Shown: positions 1 through 10,273 of the stretch, piece by piece
Layout of the letters: each line of letters starts with the position of its first letter
How positions within the stretch are numbered: position 1 is the first letter of the stretch
NCBI GenBank assembly: GCA_963667665.2
Contig: OY763927.2
Coordinates: forward strand, 128,001-192,000
DNA: 64,000 nt
DNA from: Nitrosopumilus sp.
GTDB taxonomy: Archaea; Thermoproteota; Nitrososphaeria; Nitrososphaerales; Nitrosopumilaceae
Direction: 5' to 3'
The notes under the pieces: model-generated
Told to the model about the DNA's origin: nothing
The model's input: the letters and a program-made list of their open reading frames with translations, nothing else
Databases searched by the model: none
Position numbers and translations under genes: made by a program

Positions 1-1134
1 AAGAGCAACTCCCGCATCACCAACCAGATTCTTTTCTTTGAATCGTAATTGGCCAATATTTTCACTAAATACATTTGTCTCAATCTCTACTTTGTTTTCG
101 CCTTTAGCTTCAGTAATGCTATACTCTAGAGATGTCAATCTGTTTTTACTAATTTCTACTGCACTGGCTTCACGTTGATACAGCGATTCTCTAATTACAG
201 AAATATCTACATCCGATGTCTTTCCTGATGTCATCTCTCCATCTATCTTTATTATTACAATTTTGTTACCAGGATCTATTCCTTGTGTCTTATCTAGCAG
301 TTCTTTGTTAATTGAATCTGCTTTTCGATTGTTTGCATCAATCTCAATGATCTCATATGATGTATTTTCTAATTCAACAAATGATATATCCTTAATCCCA
401 TCTTCAAATTCAACAAGAACGAATCCACGTTTTTGCCCCTTTGAATTCTCCTCCAAATCAGAATGATATCCTGCAAATAGGGTTCCAGGATATACGACAT
501 GAGAATATTCATCAAATGACTGATGGTTCCATTTGTGCATATGACCTCCTGCATAGTATGAAAATCCTTTAGGTAGCAATGATAGTGGCATATGCTCTCC
601 ATCTATACCTGATTCAGTCTTCATATCTGAAATTCCACTATGAAATAGGAATATTTTGAAGCCAGATTCAGCCTCAAGTGAGCCTCTATCTAGTTTTTCA
701 TAATATTCTATGTCTCTTCCAACCTTGAGTCCAGAAAATCCACAAATTTTAGCCCCAGTCTTTGGATCTATTAAAAAATCTAGGACTATCTTTCCATCAT
801 CAGAATTTTTTACTTTGGTGACTTTGGTGATGTAACCAATTGCAGCTAGCAGATCAATTACAGAATTAGAAACTGGAGAAAAGTCATGACTTCCATAAAC
901 AACGTACACTGGAATTCCAGATTCGTACACCTGACGAAACTTTGCAAATGCAAACTTTTGTATTCGCATCTCTGGAATATTTACATGAAACATATCTCCT
1001 GGAATTAAAATAAAATCAACTTTGCGAGAAATGCATTCATCAAGTACTTTCTCAAATACATTCTGCTCTATTTTCTGCAGAGCTTCATGCTTTTGAAAAC
1101 CCAGATGAATATCTGATAAATGGGCAAATAACAA
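1..1134 (-). CDS. mre11: DNA double-strand break repair nuclease Mre11 (3' end outside window)
   Basis: Manual translation from TTG at 1134 gives LLFAHLSDIHLG..., with GDMFH and GSHD metallophosphoesterase motifs; lies directly downstream of herA. Not in the ORF track, presumably because there is no stop inside the window. Confidence 0.9.
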   Translation of the reverse strand, partial: MLFAHLSDIHLGFQKHEALQKIEQNVFEKVLDECISRKVDFILIPGDMFHVNIPEMRIQKFAFAKFRQVYESGIPVYVVYGSHDFSPVSNSVIDLLAAIGYITKVTKVKNSDDGKIVLDFLIDPKTGAKICGFSGLKVGRDIEYYEKLDRGSLEAESGFKIFLFHSGISDMKTESGIDGEHMPLSLLPKGFSYYAGGHMHKWNHQSFDEYSHVVYPGTLFAGYHSDLEENSKGQKRGFVLVEFEDGIKDISFVELENTSYEIIEIDANNRKADSINKELLDKTQGIDPGNKIVIIKIDGEMTSGKTSDVDISVIRESLYQREASAVEISKNRLTSLEYSITEAKGENKVEIETNVFSENIGQLRFKEKNLVGDAGVAL

Positions 1135-1135
1135 A

Positions 1136-2719
1136 CTAGAACACCTTTGTCTTTTCTGGTTTTACCTGACTACTTTTCTCTTTTACAATATCTTCAAACA
1201 AAGGAATTTTGATTGGCATTGCAAATGGAACAAAGATGCTTGTAATAATTGCTTCACCTTTATCCAGGCTTGCAATATTTTTGTCATCATTAGACAAATC
1301 TTGAGAAGCAGACGCTATTATTGCTTCTCTTTCTTGTTTCATTTCATTTCCTAAAATTATCTTTGTATTCATGTTTGCAAGAATTGTTTTTGGAATGACA
1401 CTTGATAACTGTGTAATTGCAGTTAGCCCAACTTTAAATTTACGTCCTTCTTTAGCAATAGTTGAATATATGTTGTCATTTCTTGATGTTAACACATCTA
1501 TTCCTATAACTCTTGGTGCTTCTTCAATTACTATGGTAGCTACTGGCTTTCTATCTAATTCGCCACTTGCTTTTGCATCCTTGTATTTTTGTAATAATTT
1601 TGATGCAATGATGTTTCCAACAAGTAATTCAGCTTCATTGCCTAATCGTGAGGTATCGAGAACCACAACCTTACCTTGCTCGATGTCTTTTACAATGTCA
1701 TCTACTGTGTTCAGACCTTTAGTTGTAGAGTCAAAAACCTCATGTCTTGAGAAAACAACACCTTCTTCATCTTTTTCCAGGCTCAAAAGTAAGCGTAATT
1801 TCCTTTGAACCACCATCATTGTGGCTACTGCAAACTCTCCTTTAGCTCTTTCAGAACCCCTCATCTCTGCAGTGGTTGGATCAGTTATCATTAATTCTCG
1901 AATCCAATTTCTTCTGTGCTGTCTAAATGCCATTCTGATTGCCTGGAATTGAGGATCTGAAAAATCTACAATTCCTTCAAAATGTTCAGGTCTAATTGTT
2001 TGCAAATTAATTGTTAAACGATTTGTACCAACTGGGGGATTTGATGGAGTATAATACATCAAATTGTCTTTAGCTTTATTATGATCTTTGAGTCCAATTC
2101 CATTTCGTCCAAAGTATTCATCATGTGCATCAAGCACTAACGCACCAACTTTGTTAGTGTCTAATACGTGCCAAAGAATAGTTTTCACTAAATTTGATTT
2201 ACCACGACCAGTAGTTGCAGGAATTAACATGTGATGTGAAAATACATCTTCAGCAGGTAACCACACTTCTGCTTCTTTGATTACTTTACTTCCACTACGA
2301 ATGTATCCAACAAAGATCGAATCTTTTTCTTTTTGTAAGAATTTTAAATCATCTTTACTGATTAATCGTAGTTTGTTGAAAAACGAAGGTAATGATTTTG
2401 GAATTTTCACCTCTCCTCTCTCTTTGAACACTCGAGCAAGTGGCTTTATTCTAGCCAAAACATAATTGACAAATTCTGGTTCGTAAAAGTGTGCATCAAC
2501 TACTCCTTGCTCTAAATTGACACCGGACATCATCTGCTGCATTCTATCTTGAATTTGACTACCATACTCTAATGCAAATACTTGGAGAATCAAAAATGAA
2601 CCATTTTCTTCTGAAACCATCAAATCCCCAATCTCTAAATCAGTTCCAGCCTTTTGACGAATTATAATATCGCCAAAACTTCCACCAACTACTTGTCCTA
2701 CAATTGACAGCTCATCCAT
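1136..2719 (-). CDS. herA: HerA bipolar helicase/ATPase
   Basis: Walker A variant ATTGRGKS, Walker B IVIEEA, EGRKF motif; sits between nurA and mre11. Confidence 0.9.
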   Translation of the reverse strand: MDELSIVGQVVGGSFGDIIIRQKAGTDLEIGDLMVSEENGSFLILQVFALEYGSQIQDRMQQMMSGVNLEQGVVDAHFYEPEFVNYVLARIKPLARVFKERGEVKIPKSLPSFFNKLRLISKDDLKFLQKEKDSIFVGYIRSGSKVIKEAEVWLPAEDVFSHHMLIPATTGRGKSNLVKTILWHVLDTNKVGALVLDAHDEYFGRNGIGLKDHNKAKDNLMYYTPSNPPVGTNRLTINLQTIRPEHFEGIVDFSDPQFQAIRMAFRQHRRNWIRELMITDPTTAEMRGSERAKGEFAVATMMVVQRKLRLLLSLEKDEEGVVFSRHEVFDSTTKGLNTVDDIVKDIEQGKVVVLDTSRLGNEAELLVGNIIASKLLQKYKDAKASGELDRKPVATIVIEEAPRVIGIDVLTSRNDNIYSTIAKEGRKFKVGLTAITQLSSVIPKTILANMNTKIILGNEMKQEREAIIASASQDLSNDDKNIASLDKGEAIITSIFVPFAMPIKIPLFEDIVKEKSSQVKPEKTKVF

Positions 2720-3867
2720 TAACTAGTCACTCCATTTAGAGCATCATGTGCTGTCAAACTTGCACTATACTTTTGTAGTCTTTTCCATTCTGGATGACGC
2801 ATCTTTTCTGACATGATAAATCCCTGATACATGTTCAGTTCATCACGCCTAACTTGGGCAAATCTGTCTGCATCAATTGCACCATATGGGTAGCCAAGCA
2901 TGGCTATATCCTGGGAATTCTCAACCAAACTGGCAAGAACGGAATTTAACATTTCTTTATCCATCTTCTCAAACTGTTCTCGTAATATCTCGAATCTAAA
3001 TACAAATCGTGATTTTGCATGAAACTTTACTGCAAGCATGAATCCTCTATCCTCGGTTGATATCTCTTCAGATACTTTGACATACCATTTCTCATGTGGA
3101 ACGTCTTCTGCAATTTCGGCAATCCTTGCAAGTAATGGATCCCCTGATTCTGTAATTAGTCTACTGGTTTTTGCCAATCCACAAACAATTACTCCTTTTT
3201 TAATTGCCAAATCGTATAGTCTCTTTACATATTTTATTTCATTTTTAAAATTAGTTTGTAATGAACCATCCATTACAATCATATCTCCTTTCTCAAGTTC
3301 TGATTCAACAACATGAATTGCTAATTGCCATTCAGCAAATCGTCTACCTAAAGAATTCAACTTTGCACCTTGTAGAACTGTGGTATTTTCGGTGCTGGAT
3401 GTTAAATCTGACTCTGCCGGCAAATATTTTTTATCTTCTGCAGTATGCGGAAATAATTTTGTACTGTACCTGACAGTTTTCTTTCCATCAACGGTTTCAA
3501 TACTTGAAGTTACACTGGAATAGAATTGAACTCGGGGATTTGCTTTGGGTTTGATTCTTTTTTTACCCTGAAATATTGAAAAGTATACGCGATTAATTGT
3601 GATTAAAAAATTTGGTGACTCTTCTAGTGACCCATCACCCCCATCAACAAATGCAATCTTTCGAGGATTATTCACTGATTTAATTTCAGAAAACTCTGAA
3701 GGTGCAATTAGAAACTGTTTTCCTTTTCCATTATTTAGTACTATATCTGAATGCTCTGTTTGTGATAGATGAGCACCTAATTCTTCAATCAAACTTTTTA
3801 CTGGGTCTTCAATCATGTGTAATTTCTCACCTATTTGCCTCATTGTATACAGTGTTAAGCACAACAA
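2719..3867 (-). CDS. nurA: NurA 5'-3' nuclease (true start may be ATG at 3816)
   Basis: AFVDGG, MDGSL and GYPY motifs; conserved nurA-herA-mre11 operon. Confidence 0.85.
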   Translation of the reverse strand: MLCLTLYTMRQIGEKLHMIEDPVKSLIEELGAHLSQTEHSDIVLNNGKGKQFLIAPSEFSEIKSVNNPRKIAFVDGGDGSLEESPNFLITINRVYFSIFQGKKRIKPKANPRVQFYSSVTSSIETVDGKKTVRYSTKLFPHTAEDKKYLPAESDLTSSTENTTVLQGAKLNSLGRRFAEWQLAIHVVESELEKGDMIVMDGSLQTNFKNEIKYVKRLYDLAIKKGVIVCGLAKTSRLITESGDPLLARIAEIAEDVPHEKWYVKVSEEISTEDRGFMLAVKFHAKSRFVFRFEILREQFEKMDKEMLNSVLASLVENSQDIAMLGYPYGAIDADRFAQVRRDELNMYQGFIMSEKMRHPEWKRLQKYSASLTAHDALNGVTS

Positions 3868-3996
3868 TGGTTAGCTGGATTGAATAAATTCTTTAGGTTA
3901 CACTAAACCTTGACAAACCTGTCCATCTAAACCATAATTCTATTTTGTCTTAGGACTACCTAGAATTAATTAAGTGATTGTTTCTAGTATTGTTGA

Positions 3997-4815
3997 TTGA
4001 AAAAAATCGGTTTATTGGGTTGTGGAGCAATAGGTACTCAAATAGCCCTTGCAATTGATTCAGGTAAGATTCCAGCTATTCTAACTCATGTTTATGACAG
4101 TTCTAAAGATGCTGCAGTTGAGCTTGTTTCAAAATTAAATACAAAGCCCGAAATTGTAGAAAACTCTCATCTTTTATCCTCACATCCAGTACACATTATA
4201 GTTGAAGCTGCTTCTCAGGATGCGGTCAAAGATGTAGCACTAAGTGTTTTACAAAATAAACGTGACTTGATGATTATGAGTGTCGGTGCATTACTTGATG
4301 AATCAATTTATGATATTTTGTCAGATGCATGCAGTGATTTTAAAAAAACAATTTATCTTCCTTCAGGTGCAATTGCTGGATTAGATGGAATAAAATCAAT
4401 CAAAGATGAGTTAGAATCACTATCTATTACCACAACAAAACATCCACGTTCTCTTAAAGGTGCAAAGTTTTTTGAAACATCTGAAATTGATTTAGATGCA
4501 ATTACCTCGCCTACAACAATCTTTGAAGGAACTGCCAAAGAGGCTGTTTCTATGTTTCCTGCCAACATCAACGTTGCAGCACTTTTATCATTGTCTGGAA
4601 TAGGTAGTGAAAAAACCGGTGTAAAAATTATCGCTGATCCAAATACTGACAAAAACACTCATCATATAGAAGCTTCTGGAAAATTTGGAAAGATGACCTT
4701 TACAATTGAAAATTTTCCAGATGCTAATAATCCAAAAACAAGTAGGTTGGCAATTTTATCTGCAATTGAAACTTTAAGAAAATACTGCTCAGATGATATT
4801 CAGATTGGTACCTAA
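3997..4815 (+). CDS. nadX: L-aspartate dehydrogenase
   Basis: GCGAIG Rossmann motif, VEAAS, PSGAIAGLD, FPANINVAA, NPKTS; adjacent to nadA. Confidence 0.92.
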   Translation: MKKIGLLGCGAIGTQIALAIDSGKIPAILTHVYDSSKDAAVELVSKLNTKPEIVENSHLLSSHPVHIIVEAASQDAVKDVALSVLQNKRDLMIMSVGALLDESIYDILSDACSDFKKTIYLPSGAIAGLDGIKSIKDELESLSITTTKHPRSLKGAKFFETSEIDLDAITSPTTIFEGTAKEAVSMFPANINVAALLSLSGIGSEKTGVKIIADPNTDKNTHHIEASGKFGKMTFTIENFPDANNPKTSRLAILSAIETLRKYCSDDIQIGT

Positions 4816-4899
4816 TATGGCAATAATTGCCACATTTGCTAGTTTTTTAGAGAATTATAGACTACTTCCTATTCTTTAAATCCCTACACCGGCAATTTT

Positions 4900-5865
4900 T
4901 TGTGGTTTATGCTAGTACAACAATCTTCAAAACTCAAAGATGAGATTCTGAGACTCAAAAAAGAAAAAGGTGTGATCATTTTGGCACATAATTATCAGAT
5001 TCCAGATGTCCAAGACGTATCTGATTTCACAGGTGATTCTTTGGGTCTTTCAAGACAAGCCGCAAAAGTCAAACAAAAAACAATTCTATTTTGCGGTGTA
5101 AATTTTATGGCAGAAACTGCAGCAATAATTAGTCCTGAAAAAAAAGTGTTGATTCCAGATTTGGAAGCTGGATGTTCATTGTCTGACTCTATTACTGTTG
5201 ATGAATTACAAAATTGGAAGAAACAACATCCCGGATCTATTATAGTGGGTTATGTCAATACCACTGCGGAAATTAAAGCAGAACTTGATTATTGTTGTAC
5301 ATCATCAAATGCTGTAAATGTTGTAAAATCAATCCCTGAAGATAAAGAAATTTTGTTTTTACCTGATATGTTTCTTGGTTCTTATGTTGCAAAAATGACT
5401 GGAAGAAAAAATATGCGCATATGGGCAGGTGAATGCCATGTTCATGCAGGAATCACTCCTGAAGATATTACAAAAAAATTAGATTCAATGAAAGATACTG
5501 AATTTGTTATTCATCCAGAGTGTGGTTGTACTACTCCAATAATGTATGATGTTGCAGATGGAAGTTTTGATGATAAAAAAGTTTCAATACTTTCTACAGA
5601 AGGTATGTTAAAACATGTCAATAAATCAAAATCAAAAAACTTTGTTGTTGCTACTGAAACTGGAATATTGTATAGAATGAGAAAAGATAATCCTACTAAA
5701 ACATTCATTCCTGCATCAGATAAAGCTGAATGTCAATACATGAAGATGATAACACTTGAAAAAGTGTATGATGCATTAGTAAATGAAAAATATGTTGTCA
5801 CTGTTCCTAAAGAAATTGCTGACAAGGCTCGTTTGGCAATTAGTAGAATGCTTGAAATTAAATAA
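4900..5865 (+). CDS. nadA: Quinolinate synthase
   Basis: LAHNYQ, GDSL, FCGVNFMAE, AGCSL, CHVH, HPEC, CQYMK. Confidence 0.95.
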   Translation: MWFMLVQQSSKLKDEILRLKKEKGVIILAHNYQIPDVQDVSDFTGDSLGLSRQAAKVKQKTILFCGVNFMAETAAIISPEKKVLIPDLEAGCSLSDSITVDELQNWKKQHPGSIIVGYVNTTAEIKAELDYCCTSSNAVNVVKSIPEDKEILFLPDMFLGSYVAKMTGRKNMRIWAGECHVHAGITPEDITKKLDSMKDTEFVIHPECGCTTPIMYDVADGSFDDKKVSILSTEGMLKHVNKSKSKNFVVATETGILYRMRKDNPTKTFIPASDKAECQYMKMITLEKVYDALVNEKYVVTVPKEIADKARLAISRMLEIK

Positions 5866-5879
5866 ACTGTGTAATTATT

Positions 5880-6272
5880 TTGGTTGGATTATTTAGTAGA
5901 ACGACAAAAGATCCTCAAGCAAAAGAAAATATTCAAAAATTTAAAGAAATCAAAAAACTCATCAAAGAAAAAAAGTATGTAAATGCACTAAAATCAGGCA
6001 CAGAATATTTGAAAAAAAACCCTCATCATCATGATGTTTTGTTTATGGTGGGTGGAATTTACTATATGGAAAACAAGTACAAAATTGCTATTTCTTACTT
6101 TGATAAATCTCTAGAAATTGGTTCTTATGATATTGATGTCTTGCTTTTGAAAGCATATTCACATCAGAAATTAGATGAAAACAAGCAGGCAATTCAATGT
6201 TGTAGCAAAATTCAAGAAATTAATCCAAAAAACAAAAAAGTTTCTGAATTATTAAAACAACTTAATTTTTAA
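5880..6272 (+). CDS. TPR-repeat protein
   Basis: TPR-like helical pattern (AISYFDKSLEI, AIQCCSKIQEINP). Confidence 0.65.
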   Translation: MVGLFSRTTKDPQAKENIQKFKEIKKLIKEKKYVNALKSGTEYLKKNPHHHDVLFMVGGIYYMENKYKIAISYFDKSLEIGSYDIDVLLLKAYSHQKLDENKQAIQCCSKIQEINPKNKKVSELLKQLNF

Positions 6273-7087
6273 ATTTCTAAACTCATGTCAATTCCTTTGA
6301 CAGAATTAGTAATGCTGCCTACTGAAATAATATCTACTCCTGTTTGACCATATTTTGATATGTTTGTGGGATTTATTCCTCCAGATGCCTCAAGCATAAC
6401 TTTGTTTCGTAATTTTTGATTCTTGAGAACTCTAATTGTGTTTTTGATTTGATATGGTGAAAAATTATCTAACATAATTATTGTTGCTCCCTCTTTTGCT
6501 GCAAGAACTGCATCTAAAGTATTTTCAACTTCAACTTCAAATTTTTTATATTTTCTCTTTGCTTTTTTAATTATGGATAATAATGAATCTTCAACTGCAA
6601 TGTGATTATCTTTAATCATCACCATTTCATCTAACCTGAGTCTATGTTTGTTACCTCCTCCTATCTCAACTGCTTCTTTGTCAAAATATCGAAGACCAGG
6701 GGCTGTCTTTCTTGTTGCATACAATTTAACTTTCTTTGGAATTTTATTTACAAGTTCATTTGTTTGTGTTGCAATTCCACTCATTCTGGTTAGAAGATTT
6801 AGTACCGTTCTCTCACACATCAAAATCTTTCCTGCATCTCCTGTAACTGTCATTATAGTTTGATTTGGTTTTATTTTAGAGCCATCTTTTTTTAAAATTT
6901 TAGAGTTACATCTCTTGAGTTTGAAAATTTCTTTTGCATAGGCTGTACCTGCAACAATTCCATTTTCTCTTGAAATAATTTTAACTGAAATTCTTTTTTT
7001 AGATAAAAGATTGCTTGTAATGTCTCCCTTACCTATATCTTCAGCAAGAAATTGCAATAATTGTTTTTTAGAATTAAATGACAACAT
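6269..7087 (-). CDS. nadC: Quinolinate phosphoribosyltransferase
   Basis: ATRKTAPGLR, MIKDNH, EVEVE, IMLDN, EASGGI. Confidence 0.95.
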   Translation of the reverse strand: MLSFNSKKQLLQFLAEDIGKGDITSNLLSKKRISVKIISRENGIVAGTAYAKEIFKLKRCNSKILKKDGSKIKPNQTIMTVTGDAGKILMCERTVLNLLTRMSGIATQTNELVNKIPKKVKLYATRKTAPGLRYFDKEAVEIGGGNKHRLRLDEMVMIKDNHIAVEDSLLSIIKKAKRKYKKFEVEVENTLDAVLAAKEGATIIMLDNFSPYQIKNTIRVLKNQKLRNKVMLEASGGINPTNISKYGQTGVDIISVGSITNSVKGIDMSLEI

Positions 7088-7129
7088 GATGATAAAATAC
7101 TAATGTGATTTTAAAGATTTAGAAATATT

Positions 7130-7318
7130 TTATGTAACTTTGATTGCGTACTTGCCTTTCTGGGTAATGCCGAGAGTTTTTGAAATTTCTGAGTTTGTTG
7201 GATCTACTACAAGTACAATTCCATTCCAGTCTGGTGTCAAGTCTGATGATTTGCAAACAGGACAAATTTTTCCAGTTGTTACAGCTTTGCATTTTCTGCA
7301 TGCCATTTCTCGTACCAT
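7130..7318 (-). CDS. spt4: Transcription elongation factor Spt4 (RpoE'')
   Basis: ACRKC...CPVC zinc finger, W-x-G and GKYAIKV; follows rpoE'. Confidence 0.92.
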   Translation of the reverse strand: MVREMACRKCKAVTTGKICPVCKSSDLTPDWNGIVLVVDPTNSEISKTLGITQKGKYAIKVT

Positions 7319-7319
7319 C

Positions 7320-7916
7320 TTAACTTGCCTCTACTTTAGCTTCTTTTGCAGGTTTATCTGAACCGCTATCAGCTTTCTTAATCTCTTCAGCAATCCATGC
7401 ATCTGCACCAAGGAATGGTTGTCTACATGTAATTCCAATCTTGCCCATTGAAGCAGCTTTACCTAATGAGACTGCAGTTATTCTTGCACGAAGTGTAGAA
7501 CCAACTTTTAGTGTTCTACCACTTTGATTAGCTAAAATCATTCCAGATTTTACATCACTCTTTAGATAATCATCCATCACTTGTGACAAGTGAAGTAGTG
7601 CATCAGTTGGACCAATTCTTACAAATGCACCAAAGTCTGTAATATCTACAATTTCTCCTAGAACAATTTCTTGCAATTTTGGATAAAATGTTAAAACTTC
7701 AAATTCAACTTTGTGGAATGTTCCACCGTCACCTGCAATCATTTTTCCCATTTCATCAACTTTAGCATCTAAAATCATAATGATGTAACCCAAGTCTGCA
7801 CTAATCATACTCTCGTATTTTTCTTTGAGAATGTTCATTCCTGCCTTTTTGAGTGTAGTTCCAAACAAGCTTGGAGGAATCCTAACGACATCAACTAAGG
7901 TAGATATAGAAAACAA
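7320..7916 (-). CDS. rpoE: RNA polymerase subunit E' (Rpo7)
   Basis: DVVRIPP N-terminus, S1 domain FGAFVRIGPTDALLHLSQ, RQPFLG. Confidence 0.95.
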   Translation of the reverse strand: MFSISTLVDVVRIPPSLFGTTLKKAGMNILKEKYESMISADLGYIIMILDAKVDEMGKMIAGDGGTFHKVEFEVLTFYPKLQEIVLGEIVDITDFGAFVRIGPTDALLHLSQVMDDYLKSDVKSGMILANQSGRTLKVGSTLRARITAVSLGKAASMGKIGITCRQPFLGADAWIAEEIKKADSGSDKPAKEAKVEAS

Positions 7917-8019
7917 GTGTGATATTTTTTTTGAATTTCAATTTATGAATCTTTGGATGATTTAGGCTTAAATTTCCAAAGATTTCACTAATTTCTCAAA
8001 TAATTGACGATTTTTTTTA

Positions 8020-9201
8020 TTGGCTGACTTATGTTTAAATAATGCAAACAGACTTTTTCTCATAATGGTTGGAATCGATCAAGTTCTTGAAAAACTCAGC
8101 ACCGTCATTGATCCTGATTTGAAAAAAGATATCGTATCGATGGGTATGATAAAAGACCTAGAACTAAATGATGGTAATCTGAAATTTACTTTAGAGCTAA
8201 CTACTCCGGCATGTCCTTTCAATGTAGAAATTGAAGAAGATGTTAGAAAAGCAATCGGTGAAATTTCTGAGCTGAAAGATTTTGATATGAAAGTAACTGC
8301 CAAAGTAATGGAAGGACGTTCACTTGATGCAGATACTGGAATGGCAACTGTCAAAAATATTATTGGTGTTGCAAGTGGAAAAGGAGGAGTAGGAAAATCA
8401 ACTGTTTCATTGAATTTAGCTTTGGCATTATCTCAAACAGGAGCTAAAGTTGGATTATTAGATGCTGATATCTATGGTCCTAGTATTCCATTGATGCTTG
8501 GAATGAAAGATGCATTCATGGAAGTAGAAGAAAATAAACTTCAACCTGCTGAATCAAATGGACTAAAAGTTGTTTCATTTGGTTTCTTTGCAGAACAATC
8601 ACACCAAGCAGCAATTTATCGTGGTCCAATTATATCGGGAATCCTAAAACAATTTTTAGTTGATACTAATTGGGCTGATTTAGATTATCTTATTGTAGAT
8701 CTTCCACCAGGTACTGGTGATATTCCTTTAACACTTGCACAAACAATTCCAATTACCGGAATTCTAGTTGTTACAACTCCACAAGATGTTGCAAGTAATG
8801 TTGCAGTAAAAGCAGTTGGAATGTTTGAAAAACTAAATGTCCCACTTCTTGGAGTTGTTGAAAACATGAGTCACTTTATTTGTCCAAACTGTGATGAGAA
8901 ACATTATATTTTTGGTGAAGGAGGAGCAAAGAAAATTAGTGAACAATTTAACATGCCTTTCTTAGGTGAAATTCCATTAAACTCTGGAATCATGTCTGGT
9001 TCTGATTTAGGTAAACCAATTATGATTACAGATCCTGAATCTCCAGGTGCAGTTGCTTTTAGAAAAAGTGCAAAAAATATTGCAGCACAATGTAGTATTC
9101 AAGCAGCAAAACTACAAGAAGAGATGGCATCTGAAAGTTCTGGTACAGAATCTGAAAGCTCTGAAAAAGAAACAACACCAGAGGTAAGTACTTCTAACTA
9201 G
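8020..9201 (+). CDS. mrp: Mrp/NBP35/ApbC Fe-S carrier ATPase with N-terminal FeS-assembly domain (start probably ATG 8065)
   Basis: LTTPACP, SGKGGVGKST, DADIYGPS, DLPPGTGD, ENMS..CPNC. Confidence 0.92.
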   Translation: MADLCLNNANRLFLIMVGIDQVLEKLSTVIDPDLKKDIVSMGMIKDLELNDGNLKFTLELTTPACPFNVEIEEDVRKAIGEISELKDFDMKVTAKVMEGRSLDADTGMATVKNIIGVASGKGGVGKSTVSLNLALALSQTGAKVGLLDADIYGPSIPLMLGMKDAFMEVEENKLQPAESNGLKVVSFGFFAEQSHQAAIYRGPIISGILKQFLVDTNWADLDYLIVDLPPGTGDIPLTLAQTIPITGILVVTTPQDVASNVAVKAVGMFEKLNVPLLGVVENMSHFICPNCDEKHYIFGEGGAKKISEQFNMPFLGEIPLNSGIMSGSDLGKPIMITDPESPGAVAFRKSAKNIAAQCSIQAAKLQEEMASESSGTESESSEKETTPEVSTSN

Positions 9202-9212
9202 CCACGATTCCT

Positions 9213-9707
9213 GTGAAATTACCTGATTCTCTAAGAGACCAATTGAAAATTCCTTTAGGAATACTCTTACCTGAAAGTGAAACTGATAAAACAAATATCC
9301 AAAAACATCTTTCAGAAAATTCCTATGTAATTACAGTTGGAGATAGAACCACTGAAAAGATGATTGAGTTTGGTTTGATTCCATCTCTGCAAATAATTGA
9401 TAGTAAGGAAAAAAGATCAAAAAGAGAACCACCAAAACTAGAAAATGCTACTGAATTGACAGTAGATAATCCTGCAGCAGAAATTACTTCTCAAAGTATA
9501 GGCATAATTCAGCAGGCCTTTACTATGCGGCCTCCAGTAAGAATCAATGTTAATGGTGAAGAAGATCTTTTAGTGATACCTGCTTGCGTTTACGCTCCTG
9601 AAAATGCTATAGTTTTGTATGGTCAACCAAATGAAGGATTAGTAATAGTCAAAGTCACTCCAGAAATTCGAAATAAAACACAAAAATTACTTGATTTAAT
9701 GGAATAA
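9213..9707 (+). CDS. DUF359 family GTP-dependent dephospho-CoA kinase
   Basis: VGD, GEEDL and YGQPNEG motifs. Confidence 0.85.
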   Translation: MKLPDSLRDQLKIPLGILLPESETDKTNIQKHLSENSYVITVGDRTTEKMIEFGLIPSLQIIDSKEKRSKREPPKLENATELTVDNPAAEITSQSIGIIQQAFTMRPPVRINVNGEEDLLVIPACVYAPENAIVLYGQPNEGLVIVKVTPEIRNKTQKLLDLME

Positions 9708-9710
9708 TTG

Positions 9711-9767
9711 GGGTGTGATGAGACGGTGGCTGTATGATTAATGATTACTCTACTAAAACTCTGACCC
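9711..9767 (+). ncRNA. Candidate box C/D guide sRNA
   Basis: GTGATGA (C box), 12-nt guide, ATGA (D'), ATGATTA (C'), 13-nt guide, CTGA (D box, 9761-9764), closed by GGG/CCC; intergenic. Confidence 0.7.
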
Positions 9768-9859
9768 TGTTAATTCATAATTTTGAAGAATCAAAATAAA
9801 CCAAATATCTCACAACAATTGACATTTCCAAATAAACACATATTTTCTGATATTTCTTT

Positions 9860-10237
9860 GTGAAGCTAGATCCTGATCTTAAACTGCAAATTTTAGAGAA
9901 GGTTGGAATTTATTCTAATAGATTCTCTATTCCTGAACCAAATATCCTGTTTATTACAAAAGAGGTACTTGACATGCCACGTGAAATGACAGAGGGATTA
10001 AGAACATCTGCCTACAAGTATTATGGAGTTTCATATCTTCAACACAATCTGGTTTTCATTAATGTCAGAAAAATCCCAGATGAAAAAACTCTAGAAAACA
10101 CTATTGTTCATGAATTGATCCATATGAGATTTCCATATCTTTCTCATGGTAAAAGATTCAACAAATTGGTAAGGCAAGGACTTGGAGGAAAAACATTTTC
10201 ACCCTACAAAAAAAGAAAAGAAATTTCCCCTCATTGA
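9860..10237 (+). CDS. Small HExxH metallopeptidase-like protein
   Basis: IVHELIH followed by HGKRF, as in YgjP/SprT-like domains. Confidence 0.65.
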   Translation: MKLDPDLKLQILEKVGIYSNRFSIPEPNILFITKEVLDMPREMTEGLRTSAYKYYGVSYLQHNLVFINVRKIPDEKTLENTIVHELIHMRFPYLSHGKRFNKLVRQGLGGKTFSPYKKRKEISPH

Positions 10238-10273
10238 TTTATATTTCCTAGACTAAGGCAAGCAAAGTATAAC

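Noticed and set aside
263-602. ORFs 263-466 (+) and 369-602 (-)
   Set aside because: They lie within mre11 in other frames or on the other strand.
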